DNA from: an uncultured Gammaproteobacteria bacterium
GTDB taxonomy: Bacteria; Patescibacteriota; Patescibacteriia; Patescibacteriales; UBA12075
Length of the DNA: 64,000 nucleotides
Reading direction: 5' to 3'
Assembly (NCBI GenBank): GCA_964459725.1
Contig: CAYWNT010000002.1
Coordinates: forward strand, 19,719 to 83,718
Shown: one piece after another, positions 1 to 9,049 of the stretch
How the letters are laid out: each line of letters opens with the position of its first letter
Numbering within the stretch: the stretch's first letter is position 1
Notes under the pieces: generated by a model
What the model was told of the DNA's origin: nothing
The model's database searches: none
The model's input: the letters and a program-made list of their open reading frames with translations, nothing else
Program-made: the position numbers and the translations under genes

Positions 1-145
1 CTGTCGGACCACAAGTATAGAGACCTATTTCGTCCTCATTTGTCGGGGTAAAATCCTCCTTTTTTCTCGATAATGTATTGTATAATTTTATTTTATTCAT
101 AGGTTTATATTATAATACTTAGTCGCTTTAGTAAACCCCCATCTA

Positions 146-176
146 AAAACAAAAAAACTCGACAATACAGCCGAGT
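146..176 (-). terminator. intrinsic terminator downstream of ORF 200..913
   Basis: Minus-strand hairpin ACTCG-N10-CGAGT followed by TTTTTTTGTTTTT. Confidence 0.55.
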
Positions 177-199
177 AGTTTACAAAAAATATTATCAGT

Positions 200-913
200 C
201 TACTCCTCTACTCCTGCAACATGTCCAAATACCTGCTCTTCGTTTATAAGAATAGTTTTTCCAGTTAATCTACCGTGATTATTTCTAATAAATTCTGCCA
301 TTTTTGATTTGTCGATTCTTGTTTTCTTTTTTTCAGTCACAACTTCCTCTTTTGAATTTTTTTGTGACTCCTCTGATTTCTCAGTCAGCTTTGAATTTTC
401 AACTTTGCTAATAATTACACTTTCTATTGTGCTAATATATTTATTTGCCGCAAAAGGGAAAAAGCCAACTACGGAAATAGCAAATATCATTACAATAATA
501 GAAACCACTGAATAGGTAAAAACTTTGTATTGAAAAACTTCATAGAATAAATTATCTCCGCTTTCTCTTCTTTCAGAATAAACTTGCTGACTTTTAGAAA
601 TCTTTTTCATTTCCTTGGCCATTTTTGCGTTTGTTTCCTTGTAAGACTTGCTCCATTTTTTTATAATCTCCTCATTTACATCACCTTCTTCATTGTTACT
701 CAAAAAAACCTCAATTGATTTAATCAATTTACTTGTTCCGGCCAGTCTCTTGCCAACACTACCATGCTTTTTGTTCGACTTACTAGAATTATCACCAATC
801 ACCTGGCCTTCAAGTAAGTTATTTTTTAATGAATTTTTCTTTTTTCCAGATTCAGAAAATTCATTTTGCAAAAAACTAACAAAATCTTTTTGGATTTCTT
901 GATCTTTTTTCAT
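200..913 (-). CDS. hypothetical membrane-anchored protein
   Basis: 237-aa ORF with one hydrophobic helix (VFTYSVVSIIVMIFAISVVGFFPF) and K/E-rich flanks. No family recognised. Confidence 0.45.
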   Translation of the reverse strand: MKKDQEIQKDFVSFLQNEFSESGKKKNSLKNNLLEGQVIGDNSSKSNKKHGSVGKRLAGTSKLIKSIEVFLSNNEEGDVNEEIIKKWSKSYKETNAKMAKEMKKISKSQQVYSERRESGDNLFYEVFQYKVFTYSVVSIIVMIFAISVVGFFPFAANKYISTIESVIISKVENSKLTEKSEESQKNSKEEVVTEKKKTRIDKSKMAEFIRNNHGRLTGKTILINEEQVFGHVAGVEE

Positions 914-1112
914 CTCCTTTTTGTTATACTTGTGGATAAGTATATAAGTAATTTTAATAATAAAATTATAACATAAATCAAAAAATCAGGCAAACAAATA
1001 CTGCCACCACTATTTCTCTTGATTTTTTATTTCTTTTGTGTTAGTATGTACTTATAATTAAAATTATAAAAATAATTGCAAATTACTATTTGCATTTTTT
1101 ATTTCCGTAAAA

Positions 1113-1484
1113 ATGAAAAAAGAAATACACCCAAAATACAATACATCTGCAAAGGTTATCTGTGCTTGTGGAAATACTTTTACTACAGGCTCAACACTTG
1201 ATGAAATAAAGACTGATCTATGTTCAGCTTGCCATCCATTCTTCACTGGTAAACAAAAACTAGTTGATACAGCCAGAAGAGTTGAGAAATTTGAAGATAA
1301 GCTTAAAACTTCTTCAAAAATTGCTCAAATCAAGAAAGGAAAAACAGCAAAAAGGGCTGCAAGGGCAAAAAAACAGGAAGACAAGAAAGAAGTCGTTGTT
1401 AGGTTAAGCGACATGAAAAAGGAAGACAAAAAGAAAGAACCTAAATTAAAGATCAAGGCAGAAAAGAAAAAAAGCGAAAAATAA
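1113..1484 (+). CDS. rpmE: 50S ribosomal protein L31 (Zn-ribbon type) with a ~50-aa K/E-rich C-terminal extension
   Basis: MKKEIHPKY...CACGNTF...[13 protein letters not shown] is the canonical L31 core. The tail [20 protein letters not shown]...KKKSEK is extra. Confidence 0.9.
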   Translation: MKKEIHPKYNTSAKVICACGNTFTTGSTLDEIKTDLCSACHPFFTGKQKLVDTARRVEKFEDKLKTSSKIAQIKKGKTAKRAARAKKQEDKKEVVVRLSDMKKEDKKKEPKLKIKAEKKKSEK

Positions 1485-1490
1485 CTTCTT

Positions 1491-1549
1491 AAAAACAGTT
1501 ACTCTTTTTGACGTGGATTTATTCGCGTCTAGAAGTAGCTGTTTTTTTT
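1491..1549 (+). terminator. intrinsic terminator after rpmE
   Basis: Outer stem AACAGTTACT/AGTAGCTGTT with an inner GACG/CGTC stem, then an 8-nt T-run. Confidence 0.6.
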
Positions 1550-1557
1550 AATTAAAT

Positions 1558-2598
1558 ATGTATCAAGAAATTTTACAACAATTTAAAAAACTAGAAACAG
1601 AGCTAGTTGATCCTGAAGTAATATCTGATCAAAAGAGACTAAAAGAAGCTTCTCAAAAACATGCTGAACTAAAGGATGTTGTGATTTTGATTGAAAAATA
1701 TTTAAAAAATGAAGACACGATCAAGGAGAACGAAGAAATTATAAAAAATGAAACTGACGCCGATCTAAAAGAAATGGCAGAAACAGAGCTCCAAGACGTA
1801 AAAATGGAGCAAGAGGGATTAAAAAAGGAAATAGATATAGAGCTCACACCCAAGGATCCTCGCGATAAAAAAAGTATTATCATGGAGATAAGGGCCGGCA
1901 CTGGAGGAGATGAGTCTGCTCTATTTGCAGCTGAACTTTTCAAAATGTATTCCAGGTTTGCAGAAAAAAATAAAATGAAGACCAAAATCCTAAGCTCCAA
2001 TCAAATCGGTATTGGTGGCTTCAAGGAAGTCATTTTCGAAATAAATGGCATTAACGCTTTTGGCACTTTCAAGTTCGAAGCAGGAACTCATCGCGTGCAA
2101 AGAGTACCTGAAACAGAGAAACAAGGCCGAGTACACACTTCAGCCGTTACCGTGGCTGTCATGCCTGAGGCTGAGGAGGTAGATATTGAGATACACCAAA
2201 ACGACCTGAAGATCGACACATTTGCTTCCAGCGGACCGGGCGGACAAAGTGTAAACACCACTGACTCAGCAGTACGTATCACCCACATCCCATCAGGACT
2301 TGTGGTGAGCTGCCAAAACGAAAAATCCCAACACCAAAACAAGGACAAAGCCATGCAAATCCTCCGCTCACGCTTGCACGCCAAAATAGAAGAAGAAAGA
2401 CACGCCAAGGAGGCCGCTGAAAGAAAAGATCAAATCGGGTCTGGTGACAGAAGTGAAAAAATAAGAACCTACAATTTCCCTCAAGACAGAATAACAGATC
2501 ATAGAATCAAAAAGTCCTGGAGTAATATGCCTATTATTTTAGGTGGGGATATGGATGATATTGTTGAGTCGCTTAAAGAATCAATAAACGCACAATAA
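1558..2598 (+). CDS. prfA: peptide chain release factor 1
   Basis: GGQ motif ([23 protein letters not shown]), an RF1-type PxT tripeptide (VPETEKQGR), 346 aa. Confidence 0.95.
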   Translation: MYQEILQQFKKLETELVDPEVISDQKRLKEASQKHAELKDVVILIEKYLKNEDTIKENEEIIKNETDADLKEMAETELQDVKMEQEGLKKEIDIELTPKDPRDKKSIIMEIRAGTGGDESALFAAELFKMYSRFAEKNKMKTKILSSNQIGIGGFKEVIFEINGINAFGTFKFEAGTHRVQRVPETEKQGRVHTSAVTVAVMPEAEEVDIEIHQNDLKIDTFASSGPGGQSVNTTDSAVRITHIPSGLVVSCQNEKSQHQNKDKAMQILRSRLHAKIEEERHAKEAAERKDQIGSGDRSEKIRTYNFPQDRITDHRIKKSWSNMPIILGGDMDDIVESLKESINAQ

Positions 2599-2631
2599 AA
2601 AAGCTGCGATCCTTCATTGAAGAACCGCAGC
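2597..2631 (-). terminator. hairpin terminator between convergent prfA and ORF 2651..3244
   Basis: GCTGCG-N17-CGCAGC. A T-run follows on the minus strand (A-run on plus). Confidence 0.5.
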
Positions 2632-2650
2632 AAGACAAACATAAAATTTT

Positions 2651-3244
2651 TTACTTTTTTATTTTGTGTTGATGAGGATAGCTATCAACTATCCATTTTG
2701 GAATATCCATACAATGTTGCTCATAAGTTGCATCATTGCTATAAAACTGATTAAGCACAAGCGTAAATTGCGCCTTGAAGATATCAATGGGATTTGCATC
2801 TACCCAGCCGCCGCTATCGACTAAAACAGATCTCCTTCTGTCATCGATAGCCGCATACTTCTTTGAAAAACTTATAACCGCAGATATATCATCTCCCCGA
2901 TCATTTATACTGCCAACACTATCCGCTCTCCACCAGTCTTGAATTTTTCTTACAACCCTGTGAAAAGCTAACCTGTCTTTATAACTTGAAGTTACAAGAA
3001 TATAAGGAGCGTTATAATGTGACCATCTCGCAACATGAACAATTGTGACCTCAGGAACTTTTTCTTCCCCAGTTTTCAATTTTACCCAAGTAGTGCAATT
3101 ATCTTCCGGTAAAGGATTTTTTATAAATTGTTCAACTGTCAAACCAACGGTGTTAACATGAACAGTTTTAGTGGTTAACATTTCCGCAAGCGCAGAATTA
3201 CCACAAAAGACCAGGGCCAATGTTACTAAAAATTTTTTTACCAC
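2651..3244 (-). CDS. secreted hypothetical protein
   Basis: 197-aa ORF with a GTG start 6 nt after AAGGAGGTG. Signal peptide MVKKFLVTLALVFCGNSALA. No family recognised. Confidence 0.5.
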   Translation of the reverse strand: MVKKFLVTLALVFCGNSALAEMLTTKTVHVNTVGLTVEQFIKNPLPEDNCTTWVKLKTGEEKVPEVTIVHVARWSHYNAPYILVTSSYKDRLAFHRVVRKIQDWWRADSVGSINDRGDDISAVISFSKKYAAIDDRRRSVLVDSGGWVDANPIDIFKAQFTLVLNQFYSNDATYEQHCMDIPKWIVDSYPHQHKIKK

Positions 3245-3265
3245 CTTAGCACCTCCTTCAGTTGA

Positions 3266-3694
3266 TTATAAAACATTAAGCTTTTTAAAAAACATTTCCA
3301 TTAAAAACACTATTACTTTAGCTATTGCCATAATGGCAAAACTCCACAGTATATAAACAAAGAAAACAATGGCCAACACAACCGCCTGGAAGGTGCTAAC
3401 ATAGTGAATCAGAAATTTTCCAATCAGTAATGATAAAGCTGTTGCCAAACAAAATCCCGAAACAACAGTGATTATATGCACTAGCCTGGAAGGAGATTCA
3501 TTTTTTACATCAAGTAATTTCCCAAAAAAATAATTGGACAAAAATGGAAACAAAATACTTATTGGTGCAATTATGAAACAATACACCTTCCAAAAGCTTA
3601 GCAATTCCATTCCCTCCCGACGTCCAGCGGGGAAAAACCAAATCAAAGTAATTAGCAAATAAAATAAAACTTTTTCCCACCAGCTTACAATCAT
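3266..3694 (-). CDS. hypothetical polytopic membrane protein
   Basis: 142-aa ORF with about 4 hydrophobic helices. Strong SD AGGAGGAG 4-5 nt upstream of the ATG. Confidence 0.5.
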   Translation of the reverse strand: MIVSWWEKVLFYLLITLIWFFPAGRREGMELLSFWKVYCFIIAPISILFPFLSNYFFGKLLDVKNESPSRLVHIITVVSGFCLATALSLLIGKFLIHYVSTFQAVVLAIVFFVYILWSFAIMAIAKVIVFLMEMFFKKLNVL

Positions 3695-3752
3695 GACACT
3701 CCTCCTATATGTTTATTAATCTAAGATTTTAAGAACGATATTTCATAATAAC

Positions 3753-4670
3753 ATGTTTAACTCAATTGGTCAAGTACTTCAAGAAAATAAAAAAATTCTA
3801 TCAAAAAATACCACACCAAGTTTAGATGCTGAGGTGCTACTTTGTTTTGTCTTAAAAAAACCAAAAGAATTTCTACATACTTACCCAGATTACGAATTAA
3901 CTCAAGAAGAACTAGATAATTACTCAAATTGCATTAAAAAACGCCTGGAGGGCGCTCCAATTGCCCATATAACGGGTGTTAAGGAGTTTTATGGGCGTGA
4001 ATTCATTGTCACTCCAGATACGCTTGTGCCACGGCCGGAAACGGAGCTTTTTATTGACTATATAAAGAATTATGAATTAAGAATTACGAATTACGAATCT
4101 TTGATTATTGATGTTGGAACCGGGACAGGGTGTATTATTGTTTCGCTTGCAAAAGAATTAAGAAAAAATTTACGATTTTTTGCTACTGATATTTCTGAAA
4201 AAGTTTTGGAGGTTGCTAGGCAAAATGCGAAGAATCACAATGTTGATAATGTTATAAATTTCCACCAAGGCAATCTACTAGAACCCGTTTTTAACAATCC
4301 CAAAATTTTCAAAGATCCTAAAAATCATAACAACCACATAATCATCACTGCCAATCTCCCCTATCTAACTCCTAACCAAATCAAAAATTCTCCATCAATC
4401 CACCAAGAGCCAGAACTAGCTCTAGTCGCTGGAGAAGACGGACTCAAGTATTACCGAGAACTTTTTGAGCAAATTAAAAGATTTATGATTTATGATTTAA
4501 AATGTAAGGTGTTATTAGAAATAGATAATTCACAACGTGAATCAATTTCTAAGTTGATAAAAAAAGAATTTCCTGAAGCAAATTTTGAAATAAAAAAAGA
4601 CCTAGCAGGTCTTTCGAGGTTAGTGGTACTAACAAATTCTAAAACTCAAGCACCAAATACCAAACAATAA
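3753..4670 (+). CDS. prmC: release-factor glutamine N5-methyltransferase (PrmC/HemK)
   Basis: SAM motif IIDVGTGTGCI and LVPRPETE. The catalytic tetrapeptide reads NLPY instead of the usual NPPY. Adjacent to prfA. Confidence 0.85.
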   Translation: MFNSIGQVLQENKKILSKNTTPSLDAEVLLCFVLKKPKEFLHTYPDYELTQEELDNYSNCIKKRLEGAPIAHITGVKEFYGREFIVTPDTLVPRPETELFIDYIKNYELRITNYESLIIDVGTGTGCIIVSLAKELRKNLRFFATDISEKVLEVARQNAKNHNVDNVINFHQGNLLEPVFNNPKIFKDPKNHNNHIIITANLPYLTPNQIKNSPSIHQEPELALVAGEDGLKYYRELFEQIKRFMIYDLKCKVLLEIDNSQRESISKLIKKEFPEANFEIKKDLAGLSRLVVLTNSKTQAPNTKQ

Positions 4671-4820
4671 CCAAATTTCAAATTAAAAATTCTAAACAAA
4701 ATTAATCATAGATAAAAAAAATAATACTAATTTGATTGAATAATTTAGCATTATTTATAATTTGGTAATTATGATTTGGAATTTGTTTGGAATTTGTTTT
4801 TTGTTATTTGGGATTTAATA

Positions 4821-5861
4821 TTAGTAACTAATATATCTTTCTGGTCTCACAACCTCAATCCAGGTTGTTCCGGCGTTAAACTCGAATTCCTCATCATCCT
4901 TCTCGTAAAAAGAAGTAATCTTATTTTTACTCTTCTTCTTCCAGGTGCCAGTACTACACTCACCATCTAAACAAACAATCGACTCACCCTCTCCTACTGT
5001 TTTCATATCCAGTCGCAATTTATCATCTATCTCCTCTGCCCTAACTACCTGAATTATGATATTTTTGGCTGTTATGTACTCTCCTGATTCTGTGGCGTGT
5101 GCTTTGCCACCCAGGTATCTGACATAGTTGTTATTCTCTCTATCAAACTTCCATTCAACTTTATAATCATACAAAGGATAGCCTATCTCAATCACAGAAC
5201 TGTCTGGCAATTCATCTTTTGGTTTATCCTCTTTGTATTTTCTGGAAATTAATTGACTTTTTCCTGCGCTGTTCTTGTCCAAATATTTTTTCACATTTTC
5301 GCTAGAAGTAAAAATATTATGTGGCGCATACCTTCCCTTATCTCTCCAAAAATAACTACCATTATAAAATTCATTTATATGAAAGACGTTATCCTTTTCA
5401 ATCTGCACCAATGCTGCCGGACTTCCTCCCACATGCACATACAAAGAAGATAGATCTTTCGCCCAGTCAACAAAATAAGGCCTGGCGCTTCGAATAGGTC
5501 CGATCTTATCAATTTTTTCTCCACCGGCAAAAACAGCAAAATATCTCGTAATACCACCTTCGGCTTCAGCCTCTATTACTAAGTTGGCCTTTTCCAGACC
5601 GACAGGAGGACGAGCGTCTGTGTGATTATCGATCATTATAGAGAAGGGGAAGTGATTCTCCTCTCCTTCTCGGACATAGACTCCGTCAATTACTCTACGG
5701 ACCAACGTACTTGTACCAACTTTATCTCCATCATTCAATTCAGTTTGTATATCATTCTTTTTGTTGTCTCCATTTAAAAAAGAATAAATAAAACCTGACA
5801 AAATAACCGCCGACAAAATCAAGCCAATTATTAAGAATGATTGTCTCTCCTTGTTGATCAT
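4821..5861 (-). CDS. DUF3048-family (YerB-like) membrane-anchored protein
   Basis: MIDNHTDARPPVGLEKANLVIEAEAEGGITRYFAVF matches the DUF3048 signature. The track ORF extends to 5933 (GTG) and overlaps the rplY 3' end. I place the start at MINKERQ (5861), before the TM helix. Confidence 0.75.
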   Translation of the reverse strand: MINKERQSFLIIGLILSAVILSGFIYSFLNGDNKKNDIQTELNDGDKVGTSTLVRRVIDGVYVREGEENHFPFSIMIDNHTDARPPVGLEKANLVIEAEAEGGITRYFAVFAGGEKIDKIGPIRSARPYFVDWAKDLSSLYVHVGGSPAALVQIEKDNVFHINEFYNGSYFWRDKGRYAPHNIFTSSENVKKYLDKNSAGKSQLISRKYKEDKPKDELPDSSVIEIGYPLYDYKVEWKFDRENNNYVRYLGGKAHATESGEYITAKNIIIQVVRAEEIDDKLRLDMKTVGEGESIVCLDGECSTGTWKKKSKNKITSFYEKDDEEFEFNAGTTWIEVVRPERYISY

Positions 5862-5874
5862 TTTTATATAAAGA

Positions 5875-6549
5875 TTATTTTTTCTCTTCTCCTTCTTTAG
5901 CCTCACCACCTTCTCCTTCTTTAGCCTCACCACCTTCTCCTTCTTTTGCCTCAGGAGTTTCTTCTTTTTCTACAACCTCTTCAACTTCTACCTTTCTTGG
6001 TCTTTCTGCCTTGGCGATTAAATCTCCAGGAGCAGCCATTATTTCATATTTATCACCCAAATTAAGACTATTCACCCTAACAGAGTCTGTAAAGTCCTCA
6101 AGTGAAGACAAGTCAATTTCCAATTCGCTTTTCAAGTCTTCAGGAAGACATTGAATTTTCAAGCTTTCTTTGCTTACAGACAACATTCCACCTTTTTTTC
6201 TAACTGCACCAGATTCTCCAACAAACTTAAATGGAACCTCAACTTTTACCTTTCTATCCTTGTTAACTTTCAAAAAATCAACATGGATTGGATCATCTTG
6301 AATAGTGTCAAATTGCACATCTTTAACCAAGACTTCCACCTCTTCTTTCCCGTCAATTACGATTTTAAAAATATTACATCCTTTCACCTGAGAAAGAATA
6401 TGCACAAAATCATTTTTATTCAATTTTAGGGCCTTGTTTTCAAAAGAGTGCCCATAAACAACAGCAGGAATATTTCCTTCATTTTTTACATTGCTTATTT
6501 TTTCATCCTCTTTTCTACTAGCAACTTCTAGTTTAATTTCTTTATTCAT
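5875..6549 (-). CDS. rplY: 50S ribosomal protein L25 / general stress protein Ctc, with an acidic repeat tail
   Basis: NIPAVVYGHS..., two-domain Ctc length (224 aa), C-terminal EAKEGEGG x3. Confidence 0.85.
   Translation of the reverse strand: MNKEIKLEVASRKEDEKISNVKNEGNIPAVVYGHSFENKALKLNKNDFVHILSQVKGCNIFKIVIDGKEEVEVLVKDVQFDTIQDDPIHVDFLKVNKDRKVKVEVPFKFVGESGAVRKKGGMLSVSKESLKIQCLPEDLKSELEIDLSSLEDFTDSVRVNSLNLGDKYEIMAAPGDLIAKAERPRKVEVEEVVEKEETPEAKEGEGGEAKEGEGGEAKEGEEKK
5878..5952 (-). repeat. 24-bp in-frame tandem repeat (about 3 copies) at the rplY 3' end
   Basis: ccttctccttctttagcctcacca units encoding EAKEGEGG-EAKEGEGG-EAKEGEEKK. Confidence 0.8.
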
Positions 6550-6601
6550 ATATTTTTATAAAATTATTATATTTTATTATTTAATAAGACAAAAATGCCT
6601 G

Positions 6602-6682
6602 TTTTGTTATTTATAAATAACAAAATGCAAGAATATTTTGAAAATAGTTGAAAACTTTTAATTATTTTCACAATATTCTTGC
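6602..6682. repeat. 24-nt perfect palindrome plus a 19-bp inverted repeat, in the rodA-rplY spacer
   Basis: TTTTGTTATTTATAAATAACAAAA (6602-6625). GCAAGAATATTTTGAAAAT (6627-6645) pairs with ATTTTCACAATATTCTTGC (6664-6682) with 1 mismatch. Confidence 0.7.
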
Positions 6683-6745
6683 AAATTGCAAATATACAAT
6701 ATATACTAACATTTTTCTGAAAAAAATCAAGTACCCTGAAATATT

Positions 6746-7855
6746 TTAGTATTTTATGCGAGATCTGGCAATTATACTCTCCAGTACGCCTACAAATGCC
6801 AAAAAGGTCACAATGGCCGAACCACCGTAACTAATAAAAGGCAAAGAGATCCCCACCACTGGCAAGAGACCAATATTCATCCCAATATTTACAAACATTT
6901 GAATAAAAATGAGAGCCATGGCCCCCAAAATAAAGTAAATCCCAAAATCATTATCAATATTCCTGACACTTGCTATAAGCCTGTAAAAAAGTATAGAAAA
7001 AAACGACAGAGCCAGACAAACCCCTAGAAATCCCTGCTCCTCGGCAATCACGGCAAAAATAAAGTCATTTTGCGCTTCTGGCAAAAATTTCAACTGAGAT
7101 TGTGAACCAAAACCAATTCCCCTGCCGACCGCTCCGCCTGACCCGACCGCAATGATGGCCTGAGTAATGTTATACCCCTCTCCCAGCGGGTCTTCTTGGC
7201 CTGGACGCAGGAAAGTCATTATTCTGTTTTTCTGATAATCTTTGAAAAAAAACAACCACCCACTAGCAAAGATCATAACCAGAATCATGCCAATTGCAAA
7301 AATATATTTCTTATCAAATCCGGCAAACACAACCATCGCTCCCCAAATGGCGAACAAAACCAAGGCTGAACCAAAATCAGGTTGCTGAATCACTAATAAA
7401 ATATAAACAGCGCTAGCAAATCCGGATATCAGGATATGCTTAAAGGGATTTGCCTTTATAGTATTTTCAGAAAAATATTTTGCCAAAAATACAATGAGAA
7501 AAAACTTAACAAACTCAACTGGCTGCAAACTAAAAAATCCCAAATCAAACCAACCAGTTGTTCCCCTGACTGTTTTCCCAAAAAAAAGAACAGCTACCAA
7601 TAATATTATTCCAGAAAAATAAATATAATGGCCAAAGCTGCGCAGGTTATGATAATCGATCATTAAAAACACTAGTAGTGCCGAAAGACCGATAATGATA
7701 AAAAAAATCTGTTTTTGAAAATTAATTATTCCCAAACCCTCCTTGCTCAAGGCAATACTATATATCTCCACCAGGCCAAACAAGAGAAGTAGAACTACAG
7801 AGGAGAAAATAATCCAATCTAAATTTTTTAATAATGCCAAAAATCTGCTAAACAT
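6746..7855 (-). CDS. SEDS-family peptidoglycan polymerase (FtsW/RodA/SpoVE)
   Basis: 369 aa, about 10 TM helices, QPDFGSA, GSGGAVGRGIGFGSQSQLKFLPEAQNDFIFA, LPFISYGGSA. Confidence 0.9.
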   Translation of the reverse strand: MFSRFLALLKNLDWIIFSSVVLLLLFGLVEIYSIALSKEGLGIINFQKQIFFIIIGLSALLVFLMIDYHNLRSFGHYIYFSGIILLVAVLFFGKTVRGTTGWFDLGFFSLQPVEFVKFFLIVFLAKYFSENTIKANPFKHILISGFASAVYILLVIQQPDFGSALVLFAIWGAMVVFAGFDKKYIFAIGMILVMIFASGWLFFFKDYQKNRIMTFLRPGQEDPLGEGYNITQAIIAVGSGGAVGRGIGFGSQSQLKFLPEAQNDFIFAVIAEEQGFLGVCLALSFFSILFYRLIASVRNIDNDFGIYFILGAMALIFIQMFVNIGMNIGLLPVVGISLPFISYGGSAIVTFLAFVGVLESIIARSRIKY

Positions 7856-7882
7856 ATGACGCTAATTACTAAATGCTAATTA

Positions 7883-8938
7883 CTAACGCTTATCGCCTAT
7901 TCCTCCTTCAAATTCTTTATAAACCTTTGGATCAGTAATATTTATATCCGGATACACAAGAACCTCACCAACCCGACCGAGGCGTCCGACTATTGTTTTA
8001 TCAATTTGCTTTTCCTCACCAGATAACAGATCTCCTGCTCCATATTTATCTACTCCAACCACCTTGGCGTTATTTAGAAGAACTATCACCAAATCTATGT
8101 TCCAATAATTATAAGCGGAGTTATTCTTCAGGGAAAAATTTAAATTATTTATATTTCCTTTGCCAGCCTCGCTCCCGGAAGTTGATGGAACATATTCTAT
8201 ATCACTCACCACCATGTCTAAATGTTTGTCCCTGTACTCTTCCCATAAACCGAAATTATGAGGATCCACTCTTGTCCACTTCAAATTCTCGATTTGAATT
8301 TTAACATTTTTTGATAGAGGTAGTTTGTCATTATAAACCGAAAGTAAGTACTTCGACTCATTTGGTAAAATAAATCCTTCTTCTCTGCCGTACTCCTTCC
8401 CATTGATCAAAAAATAATATTCAAATTCAGCGTAGAAAGAGCTATTCACATTTTGGATGAGCGCATAAAAATCATTCTGATCTTCTCCTTGTTTAAGAAG
8501 TCCGGTTTTTAGAATTTTTATATCAACTGCTGACTCGTTGAGAAAATAATCATGAGAAGGTATATTCTTTTTCAGTGTTTGGTTCATCACTTCTCTGTCA
8601 TTTTTTAAACCAACAAAACTATACTCCCCAAACTCATACAAAAACATGCCCCAAAAAATAACAATAAAAATAATCAAAAATATATTTCGTGCAATTCGCA
8701 ATCTATTTTTATTTTTTATATACCAAGCACCAAAATCAAGCCTTTTAGAGGTCAGACCTGTCTGGTCCTGATATCTTTCCAGATTTACTTCTTGCTTACC
8801 TGTTTCTTTTTCTACTGCTTCTTCACCTGACTTATTCTCTTCATTCTTTTCTACAACTCCTTCCTGAACGCTCTTTTCATCTTGTTTTAGCTCATCTTCT
8901 GTAAAATATTTATTTTTATTCTTTATTAAATCTATCAT
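7883..8938 (-). CDS. hypothetical single-pass membrane protein with a large extracytoplasmic domain
   Basis: The track ORF starts at a TTG (8977). The first ATG (MIDLIKNK) is at 8938. TM helix IARNIFLIIFIVIFWGMFLYEF. No family recognised. Confidence 0.45.
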   Translation of the reverse strand: MIDLIKNKNKYFTEDELKQDEKSVQEGVVEKNEENKSGEEAVEKETGKQEVNLERYQDQTGLTSKRLDFGAWYIKNKNRLRIARNIFLIIFIVIFWGMFLYEFGEYSFVGLKNDREVMNQTLKKNIPSHDYFLNESAVDIKILKTGLLKQGEDQNDFYALIQNVNSSFYAEFEYYFLINGKEYGREEGFILPNESKYLLSVYNDKLPLSKNVKIQIENLKWTRVDPHNFGLWEEYRDKHLDMVVSDIEYVPSTSGSEAGKGNINNLNFSLKNNSAYNYWNIDLVIVLLNNAKVVGVDKYGAGDLLSGEEKQIDKTIVGRLGRVGEVLVYPDINITDPKVYKEFEGGIGDKR

Positions 8939-9011
8939 AAAATGCAAACAAACATTTATTATAAAACCAGTAGTCAAAAACTACTTTTCAATACTATTAT
9001 ACCATTTCGAG

Positions 9012-9049
9012 AGCAAAAATGAAAACCACAGGCTCTAAGCTGGTGGTTT
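9012..9049 (-). terminator. intrinsic terminator ending an unannotated minus-strand transcript
   Basis: Minus strand: AAACCACCAGCT-TAG-AGCCTGTGGTTT (12 positions, 1 mismatch, 1 G-U) followed by TTTTCATTTTTG. Confidence 0.6.

Noticed and set aside
1-51. Possible 3' end of a plus-strand ORF (...[16 protein letters not shown]) at the window edge, or a minus-strand GGAGGA with no usable start codon.
   Set aside because: Only 16 codons are visible, with no recognisable motif. It cannot be supported.
931-939. Perfect DnaA box (TGTGGATAA, the reverse complement of TTATCCACA) in the spacer upstream of rpmE.
   Set aside because: It is a single box with no cluster, and no dnaA or AT-rich unwinding element is nearby. 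One 9-mer match is within chance expectation, so I make no oriC call.
4073-4106. Microsatellite-like gaattacgaattacgaat inside prmC, with a similar atttatgatttatgattt at about 4480.
   Set aside because: Both are in frame and fall where PrmC homologues have variable linker residues of similar length. There is no evidence of an insertion or mobile element.
5862-5933. N-terminal extensions of track ORFs: 4821..5933, 29841..32927, 36884..38680, 57079..59061, 62209..62553, 60904..62190, 50261..51403 and 59763..60842.
   Set aside because: The extensions overlap upstream genes or terminators, or start at GTG/TTG. Internal ATGs give canonical N-termini (signal peptides or family-typical starts), often with an SD.
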